The notes under the pieces were generated by a model. The model was not told the origin of the DNA. It was given only the letters and a program-made list of their open reading frames with translations, and did not search any database. From IMG/VR virus record IMGVR_UViG_3300027672_001612, positions 32,001 to 96,000 of that record: a stretch of 64,000 nucleotides of DNA; one strand, given 5' to 3'. Each line of letters opens with the position of its first letter. The first letter of the stretch is position 1. Below are positions 39,413-49,974 of the stretch, piece by piece. Made by a program: the position numbers and the translations under genes. This DNA is from a virus (taxonomy: Duplodnaviria > Caudoviricetes).

Positions 39413-39490
39413 ACAAGCAGTTCAGCCTTAAATCAAAAAAAACGACTAAAGTGATAAATACTGCTATACATGAAAGCAGGATAATTTAGT

Positions 39491-42400
39491 ATGGCAATAG
39501 GATCAAATGACGGCGTAGAATTTAATTTATCTAACATTCAGGATAATCAAGTACTTGTCTATGATGCGGCACAAGGTGTTTTCGTTAACGAAACGGCGGC
39601 TGTATCGGCAAATGCAAGTATAACTGGACAAGGAAGAAATTTAGGTGCTACCGGAGTCGGCACATTCAAACAAAACGATAGTAACTATTTAGAGTTCTAT
39701 AAGCTAGATGCTGGGCCAAACGTAACTTTATCATTAAATAACAATGTTATTACAATTGATAGTAAAGTTGGAACTAGTTCAACTACACTTAGCTCAGGAT
39801 CAGCAACAAGCATAGTAGTATATGATGCGGCTGGTACTACAGTAACAGGTACATCAGCACTAACATTTGATGGTACTACATTAACTCATACTGGTGCATC
39901 TCAAAATGTTACCACAGCAAACGGTTTAGTTACAGCAAACGGTTTAGTTACAACTAACTTAACAATTGGCACTCAGGTGTTCCCAACAACAGACGGCGGT
40001 GCTAACCAAGTACTTGCAACTGATGGATCTGGAGCATTAGCGTGGACTAACCAAACGTCAACAGCAGGTTTATTAGCAAGTGCTACATTCAATGCTCACG
40101 TGGCGTCAGCAATAACTTCAACGTCAAATCATCAGCCTGCATTAGATGTTACTTACAGTTTAGGTAACTCCACAAACAGATATTCACAAGTGTTCTCACA
40201 ATACTTTAGAGGACAAGCAGACGTTTCTGCAAATGCATTAAACTTAGGATCAGTACCTGCGGCAAATTATAGATTAGCGGCAGACAGTTATACTATTGCT
40301 CAAGTAGATTCAGCAATAGGCAATGTTTCAGTTCCAAGTATTGCAAACTTATTAAGTAACATAACAGTTACTAACAACGCAGTATCGTATGTACATGAAA
40401 GCGGTAAGGTTGATCTTAGATCATCAGATAGTAGTATTACAATTGCCCCAGACACAGCAGGCAAATATGTAGACTTAAAATTTAACGATGTTAAATACCA
40501 ATTTACAAGATTTAGTGCAGATGGTGATGCAAGTAACTATATTATACCTGAAACAACAACTGACATATTAAACATTGCAGGTGGTACAGGTATTACTGTT
40601 GCGGCAAATCCAGGCACAGATACAATTACAATTACTGCAACAGGTGGAGCTGGTAACCTTACAGGACTAAGCGATGTTAGTACTGCAGGCGTAACATCTG
40701 GACAAGTATTAAAATATAATGGTTCCAGTTGGGCTCCGGCGAATGACGCAGGTGCCGGTGCAGGTATTTCATTAACAGATTTAAGTGTTACTAGTGCAAG
40801 TGCTAGTGGCAATGGTAGTTTAAGTTACAACAACGGCACAGGTGTGTTTACACATACACCAGCAGATGTTAGTGCTGTTACACAAAGTTTAGCTTGGAAC
40901 AGTGGTACAAGTACATTAAGTATTAGTTCAGGTAACTCAATTGATTTGAGTACATTAGTAAACACTGATACACAAGATTTAAGTATTAGCGGTAACGTAA
41001 TTAGTTTAGTTAGTGGTGGCACAGTAGATATTACTAGTGCTATTGCAAGTGGTGGTGGAACAACTACTGTTGCAGGACTAACTGATACAGCAATAAGCGG
41101 TCCAACATCCGGACAAGTATTAAAGTGGAACGGCACCAAGTGGGCCAATGCGGCAGATACTGATACTGATACACAAGATTTAACCCTAAGTGGTAATGTA
41201 ATTACATTAACCGATGGCGGCACAGTTGACTTAACGAGTGCTATAGCAACAGGCGGTGGTAACTATAACAACTCTAATGTTGCAACATACTTATCAGGTG
41301 CAGGGTTTGCCACACAGTCAACTATAGTAGCGGCAATAACTGATAGTGCTCCAGGCACATTAGATACACTAAATGAATTGGCGTCGGCACTAGGTGACGA
41401 TGCAAACTTTAGTACAACAATAACAAATTCAATAGCCACTAAGGCGGCTATTAGTTCGCTATCCACAGTAGGAACAAGCGGACTATTTGCAGATTTAACA
41501 AGTAGACCAAGTATAGCAGTAAGTGGAAGCAACTTAACATACGATGGTACTACACTAGATTTAAGTGGCTTAGGAGCCACAGGTGCTACAGGACCAGCTG
41601 GAAGTACAGGAGCCGCAGGCTCAAACGGAACAAACGGAACAGACGGAACAGACGGCAAATTTATATCAAGTGCCGCTGTAGCAGGTTCTACATTAACACT
41701 TACTCATAGTGATTCAAGTACTACAGTAGTTAGTGGTAGTGTTACAGGTGCTACTGGAGCCGTTGGAAACGGAATTACAACTGTTGCTCTAAGTGGCGAC
41801 AACTTAGTATTAACTTACTCAAATGCTTCTGTACAAGATATGGGAAGTGTTAGAGGTGCTACTGGAGCCGCTGGAGCGGCAGGTGCCGCAGGTTCAGACG
41901 GAGCCGCAGGCGCAGTAGACCAAACATTAAGTGCTTCAGGTAATGTTATTACTATTAGTGGTAACAACGACACAGTAGATTTAACTACTATGTTGGCACC
42001 ATATACAAAAACAGATACTGATGCACAGACATTATCATTAAGCGGAACAAACTTATCAATTACTGGTGGTAACACTATAGACGTAAGTAGCCTAGGCGGT
42101 AGTAGTTATACTAACGCATCAGTTGATACGCACCTTAACCAAGCTGGACCAACAACTGGACATGTTCTTTCTTGGAATGGATCAGACTATGCCTGGGTAG
42201 CAAACAGTGGCGGTGGCAGTTATGGAGACTCCGATGTTGATTCTCACATACAAGGAACTGGTTCGCAGATCTCATACGCTTCAGGCGTAATTGGTTTAAC
42301 CGATACAGCCGTTACAGCAGGTATTTACGGAAGCTCAACAAACAGTCCACGTATTACAGTTGACCAACAAGGTAGAATAACAAGTGTAACTGAACAAGCA

Positions 42401-42832
42401 ATCTCCGGAGGCGGAGGCGGCAGTGGTACAAGTTACGAATACTTTAAAATATATTATACATCAGCAGGAGCCATTGATACAACTCAAGGCACTGGCGGTA
42501 TTAGTGATAAGAGTAGTAAGATGGGAACAGTTACAGTATCTAATGCGGCAAGTAATGCCTGTGAATTAACATTACATTTTAACAATAACTATAACAGACC
42601 TCCATTAGGAATTACTGCTTATGGTTATTCCCAATCAACAAGTGAATATAACATAAAAAGCATGATACAAAACTTAGTTAACACCACATTAAAAATGGAT
42701 GGCTCCGGCACTCCACATGGATCATTAGGATCAAACTTAATTACAATGAGTTTGACACGTTCTGAAACAGGCTCGAGCAGTGGCTTTGGACAATCCAGTC
42801 ATGCTTGGATTTACTTTACGATGGGAAGTTAA
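39491..42832 (+). CDS. Tail fibre-like protein with collagen-like segments
   Basis: 1113 aa; repeated GQVL.(W/Y)NG..W and DTQ.L..SGN.I units, APGTLDTLNELA motif, G-X-Y runs. Confidence 0.85.
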   Translation: MAIGSNDGVEFNLSNIQDNQVLVYDAAQGVFVNETAAVSANASITGQGRNLGATGVGTFKQNDSNYLEFYKLDAGPNVTLSLNNNVITIDSKVGTSSTTLSSGSATSIVVYDAAGTTVTGTSALTFDGTTLTHTGASQNVTTANGLVTANGLVTTNLTIGTQVFPTTDGGANQVLATDGSGALAWTNQTSTAGLLASATFNAHVASAITSTSNHQPALDVTYSLGNSTNRYSQVFSQYFRGQADVSANALNLGSVPAANYRLAADSYTIAQVDSAIGNVSVPSIANLLSNITVTNNAVSYVHESGKVDLRSSDSSITIAPDTAGKYVDLKFNDVKYQFTRFSADGDASNYIIPETTTDILNIAGGTGITVAANPGTDTITITATGGAGNLTGLSDVSTAGVTSGQVLKYNGSSWAPANDAGAGAGISLTDLSVTSASASGNGSLSYNNGTGVFTHTPADVSAVTQSLAWNSGTSTLSISSGNSIDLSTLVNTDTQDLSISGNVISLVSGGTVDITSAIASGGGTTTVAGLTDTAISGPTSGQVLKWNGTKWANAADTDTDTQDLTLSGNVITLTDGGTVDLTSAIATGGGNYNNSNVATYLSGAGFATQSTIVAAITDSAPGTLDTLNELASALGDDANFSTTITNSIATKAAISSLSTVGTSGLFADLTSRPSIAVSGSNLTYDGTTLDLSGLGATGATGPAGSTGAAGSNGTNGTDGTDGKFISSAAVAGSTLTLTHSDSSTTVVSGSVTGATGAVGNGITTVALSGDNLVLTYSNASVQDMGSVRGATGAAGAAGAAGSDGAAGAVDQTLSASGNVITISGNNDTVDLTTMLAPYTKTDTDAQTLSLSGTNLSITGGNTIDVSSLGGSSYTNASVDTHLNQAGPTTGHVLSWNGSDYAWVANSGGGSYGDSDVDSHIQGTGSQISYASGVIGLTDTAVTAGIYGSSTNSPRITVDQQGRITSVTEQAISGGGGGSGTSYEYFKIYYTSAGAIDTTQGTGGISDKSSKMGTVTVSNAASNACELTLHFNNNYNRPPLGITAYGYSQSTSEYNIKSMIQNLVNTTLKMDGSGTPHGSLGSNLITMSLTRSETGSSSGFGQSSHAWIYFTMGS
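39914..39949 (+). repeat. Perfect in-frame 18-bp tandem duplication
   Basis: ACAGCAAACGGTTTAGTT x2 (TANGLV x2). Confidence 0.9.
41624..41656 (+). repeat. 9-bp tandem repeats in a collagen-like segment
   Basis: (A/G)ACGGAACA about 3.6 copies. Confidence 0.8.
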
Positions 42833-42833
42833 G

Positions 42834-44861
42834 ATGGCAGACGTAATTAACAAAAATTCAACTTCAACACTAGATATATACAAACCAGCAAAAGTACTAC
42901 AACTAAGTGTTACTAGTGCAACTGGTGAAAAGTATTGGCCCCATGATGATGGCGCAGGCGATCCGTGGTGGAGTTCAAGTGCAAGTCCTAAGTTTTATCA
43001 ATATGTATTGGTAATGACTGTTACAGAATATGCACATGGTTCACATAAGACTAGAGCACACAAAAAATATAATGGACTTGACGTAGCAGTTGGCGATTGG
43101 ATTGCTGGCTCACAAGACGGCAAGTGTATGCAGATTATCAGTGTAAGTGCCAAGACAGCAACTACCGTTACTTGCATTGTAGAAGATGTATTGAGATACA
43201 ATACATTTAGAAGTTCGGCTGGTAGTCCGATTTTTTCCGTACCAGGTACAGCATTACTATTTACGCTTAATGAAAACGGTAAGCCTATTATTGACCCGTT
43301 GCCTGCCAGTGTTGTTAGTACAGACTTTTATCCAAACGTAACTAGTAGGTTTGAATACTTTAATCCTGCTGAAAACTTTAGATTGGAAAAGACTGCTCAT
43401 GGGTTCTCTAGAGGCGATGTAATTGTTGTCACTGAAGCTGGAGCCTATGCTAAGGCAAATGCGGTTACTATGTCAAGAACGATTGGTGTAGTCAGTGTTG
43501 TTGGACCTGGCCCGAATCAATTTGCAGTAATGCCACAAAATAGAATTATAGATTTCAATCCTGCATTGCCAGGAACAGTTGGTAACTACATATATGCAGA
43601 CACCGACGGAGACTTAACTACAACCGATACTGGTAAAGTTATATTCTTAAAACTTAAAAACTCTGTTGCATCAACAGTTACTAGCACAAATGCATCACCC
43701 ACTGCTACAGTAGGAGATAAAATTGAGATCAACGGAGCCAACGTAACCTTTACTGGTACAACAGTTGCATCTGTTGTATCTAACATCAACTCGACGGCTA
43801 ACACTTATGTAATAGCTAGTACCCAGGCAGAGCCTACAACAGTAACTAGTGATACTAGTACATATAATTACGGATTACTAGGTGGATACATTCCTTTTGC
43901 AGGTACAATTAGCACAGGAAGTGGCGACCAAACTATAACTCAAAGCACAGCAGTACATGGTGCTGGAGTATACGGAGCCGGTATTGCAAGTGCTACTGAT
44001 ATTAAAAACACAATTTCCGCATTAGGCATTGCAAACTTATCTGTTACAGTATTAGGTACTGGACAATTAAAATTAAGCGAAGCCAATGGTAATGCTGTTA
44101 CTATTACTAACACCACTGCAGATGCTAATGGAAATCCATTTGCTGGAGCAAGTAGTGTTACTGGTTTACCTTTAACTACTAGTGCTACAACAGGAAGTTT
44201 TATGCTCTTATCTAGAGCAGACGGTGGACCAATTGATATAGAAAATACTGTGGGAACTCCTGCAGAAGACTTAGCCATTTATAGTACACACAATGGACAA
44301 TATCCATTAGGACTATACATTGAGCATGGTGTTAGAAGTGGTGGTATTACTATCGTTGCTAACGTGGCGGCTCGCAACTCATTAACACCACAAGGTGGCG
44401 ACATGGCTTATGTTACTGATGCTGGTGATGGCGAATGGGGTCTGTTTATATATGATGGCAGTGCATGGACAGAAGTTGGTAACCAGGATAGTGCGGCAAC
44501 TGATGCCCAAACTATTAGTTTCAACTATACTGCACCTGGCGGAGGCTTTGGCGGAGTTGAAACTGTAAACTTAGCAAACATATCTCCTGGTGCTAGAATT
44601 GTAGATGTTAGTGTTGAAGTTAATACTGCATTAAGTAATTATACTGGCGCTACTGAACCTACAGTTGATGTTGGTACAGCAAGTGACTTAGATCAGTTTA
44701 TGACTGGTGATGAGAGTGACTTATCATTAGCTGGTACATATACTGCTAATCCAAACTATTTATACCCTTCAACACAGACAGTTGACCTTAGTCTTAAGGC
44801 TAGAATATCCCATAGAACAAGTACTGCAGGCGACTTTGTAGTAACTGTAACTTACGTCTAA
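42834..44861 (+). CDS. Virion structural protein
   Basis: Thr/Gly/Ser-rich; C-terminal domain homologous to 22846..23919. Confidence 0.75.
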   Translation: MADVINKNSTSTLDIYKPAKVLQLSVTSATGEKYWPHDDGAGDPWWSSSASPKFYQYVLVMTVTEYAHGSHKTRAHKKYNGLDVAVGDWIAGSQDGKCMQIISVSAKTATTVTCIVEDVLRYNTFRSSAGSPIFSVPGTALLFTLNENGKPIIDPLPASVVSTDFYPNVTSRFEYFNPAENFRLEKTAHGFSRGDVIVVTEAGAYAKANAVTMSRTIGVVSVVGPGPNQFAVMPQNRIIDFNPALPGTVGNYIYADTDGDLTTTDTGKVIFLKLKNSVASTVTSTNASPTATVGDKIEINGANVTFTGTTVASVVSNINSTANTYVIASTQAEPTTVTSDTSTYNYGLLGGYIPFAGTISTGSGDQTITQSTAVHGAGVYGAGIASATDIKNTISALGIANLSVTVLGTGQLKLSEANGNAVTITNTTADANGNPFAGASSVTGLPLTTSATTGSFMLLSRADGGPIDIENTVGTPAEDLAIYSTHNGQYPLGLYIEHGVRSGGITIVANVAARNSLTPQGGDMAYVTDAGDGEWGLFIYDGSAWTEVGNQDSAATDAQTISFNYTAPGGGFGGVETVNLANISPGARIVDVSVEVNTALSNYTGATEPTVDVGTASDLDQFMTGDESDLSLAGTYTANPNYLYPSTQTVDLSLKARISHRTSTAGDFVVTVTYV

Positions 44862-45000
44862 TAATCCTTCCAGTAACTCACTAAAAACTTATTTGAACGA
44901 TAAATACAACTAGTATTGTAATCAGAACTATTATGATTACGGTGCGATCTATAGATAAAAAATGATTTATTAAACAAGTCATCCTTAAGGAGTAACACAA

Positions 45001-48000
45001 ATGGCGAACATTAAAAACTTTGGTATCAAAGGTGTAGCCGCAGATATTCAATTTGGTAAGGGCGGAGGGTTCATGGTATATGACAAATCCAATAACAAAT
45101 TCCAAGTTAAAGATTCTGGTAGTAGTTTAGAAGATATTGAATTTGCAACCGTACTGGCGGGTACGTGGGCAGGAACGGCAATATCAGTTGCTAAAGGCGG
45201 AACAGGATTAACAACTGTTGCAACTGGCAAAATTCTTTACACTACAGGCACCGACACATTTGGTCAAACAGATATATCAGCAACAGGTATTTCACTATTA
45301 GGTAGTGCAGATGCGGCGGCTGGTAGAACAGCATTGGGATTAGGCAACGTAGCAACCCAGGCAAACACAGCAGTAGACATCGACGGTGGTGCTATTGACG
45401 GAACAGTAATCGGCGCAAACGCGGCGGCGGCAGGTAGTTTCAGTACTATCAATGCATCAGGAAATATTACTGGCGCATTAGTTGGCAACGCATCAACAGC
45501 CACAACATTAGCAACAGCAAGAACAATTGGTGGAGTATCATTTAATGGTTCTGCGGCAATCAACTTGCCAGGCGTTAACGCAGTTGGTTCTCAGAATACA
45601 ACAGGATCAGCGGCATCGTTAACAACTGGAAGAACAGTATCCGCAACTGGCGATATTGCATGGACATCAGCGGCGTTTGATGGTACTGGTGCAGTAACAG
45701 GCGCGGCAACTTTAGCAACAGTTAACAGTGACGTAGGAACAGCAGGTAGTACTACTTCTATTCCAGTTATCACAGTTAATGCTAAGGGATTAGTAACAGC
45801 AGTATCAACGGCTTCAATCGCAACATCATTTAATATTGCGGCTGACACTGGAACTGCTAACGCATTAGACGGTGGAGAAACACTTTCTATATTAGGTACA
45901 ACAAACGAAATCGACACAATAGTTACAGCAAATCAAATCCAAGTTGGATTGGTTGCTAACCCAACTATTGGCGGTAACTTAACTGTTTCTGGAAACTTAA
46001 CTGTTTCTGGTACTAGAACAGACGTTAACGTAACAAACATGGCTGTAGAAGATTCACTAGTTGCTTATGCTACTGGTAACTCTTCAGACGCAGTTGATAT
46101 TGGTTTCTTTGGTAAGTTCAACGACGGATCAAATGATTTAGCAACTGGTTTATTCAGAGATGCGAACGATGGTAAATACCACTTGTTCACTAGCTCACAG
46201 GAAACTATCTCAGGTAACGTAGTAGACAAAGCGGCAACAGGTTATGCTGTAGCTTCTTTGAAAGCAAATACAGAAGGAACACATACTGGTGCAGTAATTG
46301 GTAACGTAACTGGTGATACATCAGGAAGTGCTGGAACTGTAACAAGTATTGCAAGTCACGTAATTGATTCAGATTCTATGGCAGGTGCTTCGGCAACTAA
46401 CGTAGCTTCAGCAGAATCAACTAAAGCATACGTCGACGCTACAGTAGGTGCTATTAGTACAGTACTAAGTGTTGGCGCAGACAGTGGTTCAGATGACGGA
46501 GTTACAGTTGGAACAGACACATTAAACTTTAATGGTACAGCAAATGAAATTGAAACAACAGTTAGCGACAACGCTATTACTGTTGGATTAGTTAACTCAC
46601 CAACAGTAAGTGGTACAATGACAGCGGCAACATTCGCTGGTAACTTAACTGGTGACGTAACTGGTACAGCTTCATTGGCAACATTAGCCGCTGATGCAAC
46701 AACATTAGCAACCGCAAGAGCAATAGGTGGAGTATCGTTTGACGGTTCTGCAGATATTAACTTGCCAGGTGTTAATGCCGCAGGTAACCAAGCAACAAGT
46801 GGTCAAGCAGGAACAGTAGCAACTATTGCCGCTTTCGTACTTGACGAAGATAACTTTGCAACGAACAGTGCAACTTTAGTACCTTCACAACAATCTGTTA
46901 AAGCATATACTGATGCGGCTATAGCCACAGCAGTTTCGGCTTCAGACTTAGACTTCACAGCAGACAGCGGTGGTGCTTTAAGTATAGACTTAGATAGTGA
47001 AACATTAACTATTGCAGGTGGTACAGGTCTTTCAACTGCTGGTGCTGGTAACGGCGTAACAGTTAGTTTAGACGCTACGGCAGTAACCGCAGGATCATAT
47101 GGTAGTACAACTGCTATTCCTGTTATTACAGTAGATGCACAAGGTAGATTGACATCGGCTTCAACAGCCGCTATTAGTACTGCTTGGACACTTACAGGTG
47201 ATACTGGAACTCAAACTGTTAACGGTGGAGACACAGTTGACATAGCAGGTGGAACTAATATTACTACAGTAGCTAGTGCAACTGACACATTGACAGTTAA
47301 TCTAGATTCTAACGTAACTGGTTTAACATCTTTGGGTGCAACAACAGTAACAGGTACAACAGTAACAGATGGCACGTTTAGTGTTAATAGTGGTGCTATA
47401 ACAGGCGCAACTAGTATTGGTGCAGTTGACTTAGTATTATCCGGTAACTTAACTGTTAACGGTACTACAACAAGTGTTTCATCAACTAACACTACAATCT
47501 CAGATACATTGATTGAATTACAATCAGGACTAGCTGGCGGAAACAGTAGTGATATTGGTATTGTACTAGAACGTGGTAGTACTGGTGATAACGGCTTTAT
47601 GGGTTGGGACGAGAGCGAAGACAAATTTGCTTTTGCAACAACTACAGCAACAGGTACAGCCACTGGCGACTTAACACTTGCAGATGCAGGTATTAAAGTT
47701 AGTGACGTATTAGCTTCTGGAACTGTTACATTCGCAAGTTTAAGCGATGGAGCAATTACAATAGCATCCTTCCAAACTACACTTACAGATAGTGACACTA
47801 TTGTTCCTACCTCAGGTGCTGTTAAGGATTATGTTGATTCACAAGTAGCCGCAGTAGATGATACTGTCTTAAGAGCTTCCTTTACAGCTAACTCTTCAGC
47901 AAGTTCATTCAACATTGGCGTTATGCCTAACACATCTGGTAGAACTTATACTGGATCAAAACTTACTCTTAAAGTTGCTACTGGTTTTACTGGTAACGGC

Positions 48001-48219
48001 GTTGATGGTATTGTTGTTAACGACGGAAGTAATGACTTAATGGCAGTGGTTCAAAATGATCCAACTGTTACTGGTCTTTATGTTGTTGATTTAGGCGCAG
48101 AAACTATAGCCGGCGGAGCAACTATTAGTTGTTCATTCAAGCAGTCAGACGGAACAACAGCTTCCGTACCAACTGCTGGTGCGGTAACGGCGACTGTTGA
48201 ATATCAGTTCTTTACATAA
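45001..48219 (+). CDS. Long tail fibre-like protein
   Basis: 1072 aa with internal repeats (TLATAR.IGGVSF.GSA.INLPGVN x2; GSTT.IPVITV x2; GNLTV.G); late promoter at 44901. Confidence 0.85.
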   Translation: MANIKNFGIKGVAADIQFGKGGGFMVYDKSNNKFQVKDSGSSLEDIEFATVLAGTWAGTAISVAKGGTGLTTVATGKILYTTGTDTFGQTDISATGISLLGSADAAAGRTALGLGNVATQANTAVDIDGGAIDGTVIGANAAAAGSFSTINASGNITGALVGNASTATTLATARTIGGVSFNGSAAINLPGVNAVGSQNTTGSAASLTTGRTVSATGDIAWTSAAFDGTGAVTGAATLATVNSDVGTAGSTTSIPVITVNAKGLVTAVSTASIATSFNIAADTGTANALDGGETLSILGTTNEIDTIVTANQIQVGLVANPTIGGNLTVSGNLTVSGTRTDVNVTNMAVEDSLVAYATGNSSDAVDIGFFGKFNDGSNDLATGLFRDANDGKYHLFTSSQETISGNVVDKAATGYAVASLKANTEGTHTGAVIGNVTGDTSGSAGTVTSIASHVIDSDSMAGASATNVASAESTKAYVDATVGAISTVLSVGADSGSDDGVTVGTDTLNFNGTANEIETTVSDNAITVGLVNSPTVSGTMTAATFAGNLTGDVTGTASLATLAADATTLATARAIGGVSFDGSADINLPGVNAAGNQATSGQAGTVATIAAFVLDEDNFATNSATLVPSQQSVKAYTDAAIATAVSASDLDFTADSGGALSIDLDSETLTIAGGTGLSTAGAGNGVTVSLDATAVTAGSYGSTTAIPVITVDAQGRLTSASTAAISTAWTLTGDTGTQTVNGGDTVDIAGGTNITTVASATDTLTVNLDSNVTGLTSLGATTVTGTTVTDGTFSVNSGAITGATSIGAVDLVLSGNLTVNGTTTSVSSTNTTISDTLIELQSGLAGGNSSDIGIVLERGSTGDNGFMGWDESEDKFAFATTTATGTATGDLTLADAGIKVSDVLASGTVTFASLSDGAITIASFQTTLTDSDTIVPTSGAVKDYVDSQVAAVDDTVLRASFTANSSASSFNIGVMPNTSGRTYTGSKLTLKVATGFTGNGVDGIVVNDGSNDLMAVVQNDPTVTGLYVVDLGAETIAGGATISCSFKQSDGTTASVPTAGAVTATVEYQFFT

Positions 48220-48241
48220 GAAGTAGATAGAGAAACAAATT

Positions 48242-48269
48242 AAAAGCACACTTAGGTGTGCTTTTTTTT
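48242..48269 (+). terminator. Rho-independent terminator
   Basis: AAAAGCACAC-TTAG-GTGTGC plus T8. Confidence 0.9.
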
Positions 48270-48278
48270 GGATAAAAC

Positions 48279-48307
48279 TTGACATCAAGCAGAAATAGTC
48301 GTATACT
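48279..48307 (+). promoter_or_regulatory. Sigma70-type promoter (leaderless candidate)
   Basis: TTGACA-17-TATACT; ATG 6 nt downstream. Confidence 0.75.
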
Positions 48308-48313
48308 ATACGC

Positions 48314-48616
48314 ATGACTAAAGACAAAGACGGCGACGGTAACGAGCCAATAGACAACGTAGTAAAGTTTCCTTCAAAACCAAAGAAGGCGGACAACGAC
48401 ACTCATTACGAAATTACTATTGAGAGTTTTAGCCCTGAAGAGTTACACACCAGAATGTCAGATATCGACGATTCATACGAAGCATGTTTTCACTATGCGA
48501 AAGCAATTGAATACACCATGCATAATTTCACCACAGACCTAGACCTAAACCAGCTTCAGGCCCTAGAAATCAAGTTAAAAGAGATATTTTTGGAGTTTGC
48601 TCCAGAAAAAGGTTGA
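48314..48616 (+). CDS. Hypothetical protein
   Basis: 100 aa with DNVVKFP motif. Confidence 0.7.
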   Translation: MTKDKDGDGNEPIDNVVKFPSKPKKADNDTHYEITIESFSPEELHTRMSDIDDSYEACFHYAKAIEYTMHNFTTDLDLNQLQALEIKLKEIFLEFAPEKG

Positions 48617-48641
48617 CATTGGTACCGGATTTTAGTATAAT
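48613..48641 (+). promoter_or_regulatory. Sigma70-type early promoter
   Basis: AAAAGG-TTGACA-17-TATAAT. Confidence 0.85.
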
Positions 48642-48688
48642 ATATGCATAGGTTGAGAAAACAAACATACATTTCGTAGGAGTAATAT

Positions 48689-49783
48689 ATGGAAACATTA
48701 ACAGTAAGACCCAGTCAGACAAAGAACATTGTAAACAGAGCCTTTTTGGCGAAGAGACCAATATTCATGTGGGGTGCACCAGGAATTGGTAAATCTGAAC
48801 TAATAGAGGGTATTGTAAAGGACATGCCCGGTAACAATTTAATGATTGATATGCGTCTAGCATTAATGGAGCCAACTGACCTTAGAGGTTATCCGTTCCG
48901 TAATGCAGAAACAAATCAAATGGAGTGGGCGCCACCGGCAGACCTTCCTAGCATGGAGCAGTCAGAACTGTACGACACGATTGTATTGTTCTTAGATGAG
49001 TTGAACTCAGCTCCTCCAAGTGTACAAGCGGCGGCATACCAGTTAGTCCTTAATGGTCGAATTGGTCAGTACGTTATGCCAAGCAATGTAAGAATTGTAG
49101 CGGCTGGTAACAGAGAGACTGATAGAGGTGTTACTTATAGAATGCCTAGTCCGTTAGCAAACAGATTCCGTCATATTAACATGGACATTAACTTCGAAGA
49201 TTGGAGTGTTTGGGCTGTTAATAATAAGATACACCAAGATGTTGTTGGGTACTTAACATACAGTAAAGCAGATTTATTTGACTTTGATCCTAAGACATCA
49301 AGTCAGTCATTTGCTACACCACGTAGTTGGTCTTTCGTAAGCGAAATACTAGAAACTGAAGGGTTTGAGTTTGCTCCTGACTTTGAGCAGAAGGCAGAAA
49401 TTGCTGGAGCAGTTGGAGAAGGCATGGCTATTAAGTTTTGTGAACATAGAAAGGTTGCTTCAAAGCTACCTAACCCAGAAGATGTATTAACTGGTAAAGT
49501 TAAGACCCTTAAGGTAAAAGAGAAGTCAGCTCAGTACTCATTCGCAATTGGATTATGCTACGAACTAGCCGCTCTTAATAAAGCGGACGACGAAGCGGCA
49601 TTTGACAAAGGTGTTGATTACTTCTTTGACTTTATAATGGAGAACTTTGAACCTGAGTTGGTTATCTTTAGTGCTAAGAGTGTTCTTAGTGACCACGACA
49701 TAGATATTAAGCCTAGAAAACTCCAAGGCAAGAAGGAGTTTAAGGAACGGTACTGGAAGTACTTGTTCCCCGCTACGGTATAG
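48689..49783 (+). CDS. MoxR-like AAA+ ATPase
   Basis: GAPGIGKS, LFLDELN, AAGNR, PLANRF, TPRSW. Confidence 0.88.
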   Translation: METLTVRPSQTKNIVNRAFLAKRPIFMWGAPGIGKSELIEGIVKDMPGNNLMIDMRLALMEPTDLRGYPFRNAETNQMEWAPPADLPSMEQSELYDTIVLFLDELNSAPPSVQAAAYQLVLNGRIGQYVMPSNVRIVAAGNRETDRGVTYRMPSPLANRFRHINMDINFEDWSVWAVNNKIHQDVVGYLTYSKADLFDFDPKTSSQSFATPRSWSFVSEILETEGFEFAPDFEQKAEIAGAVGEGMAIKFCEHRKVASKLPNPEDVLTGKVKTLKVKEKSAQYSFAIGLCYELAALNKADDEAAFDKGVDYFFDFIMENFEPELVIFSAKSVLSDHDIDIKPRKLQGKKEFKERYWKYLFPATV

Positions 49784-49786
49784 GAC

Positions 49787-49900
49787 AAAAAAAACTGTTG
49801 CTGTATCCTACAACGGTACTTGGTTATACTCGTACCGTACGTTACTCCTACAACCTAACAGCAAAAAGTTTTACCCTGCTCACAAGGCGGGGTTTTTTTT
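49787..49900. ncRNA. Candidate small structured RNA with duplicated TCCTACAAC, ending in an intrinsic terminator (49873-49900)
   Basis: Nested stems; 9-nt repeat at 49806 and 49846; ACCCTGCT/GGCGGGGT plus T8. Confidence 0.45.
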
Positions 49901-49910
49901 GATTAAAAGG

Positions 49911-49939
49911 TTGACTATGGGGTACTTTGGTAGTATAAT
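49911..49939 (+). promoter_or_regulatory. Sigma70-type early promoter
   Basis: AAAAGG-TTGACT-17-TATAAT. Confidence 0.85.
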
Positions 49940-49974
49940 AGTTGTATATTAAGTAGAAATTGTAGGAGGTTTTT

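Noticed and set aside
45502-46790. Diversity-generating retroelement TR/VR pair
   Set aside because: Both repeats are in-frame within one gene, differences are mostly synonymous and not adenine-specific, and no reverse transcriptase is present in the window
24193-47798. Many antisense ORFs rich in Val/Pro/Ala/Ser inside fibre genes and clpA
   Set aside because: Shadow frames produced by the codon bias of the sense genes; no expression signals
49806-49854. Mini-CRISPR array
   Set aside because: Only two 9-nt repeats, far shorter than CRISPR repeats, and no cas genes
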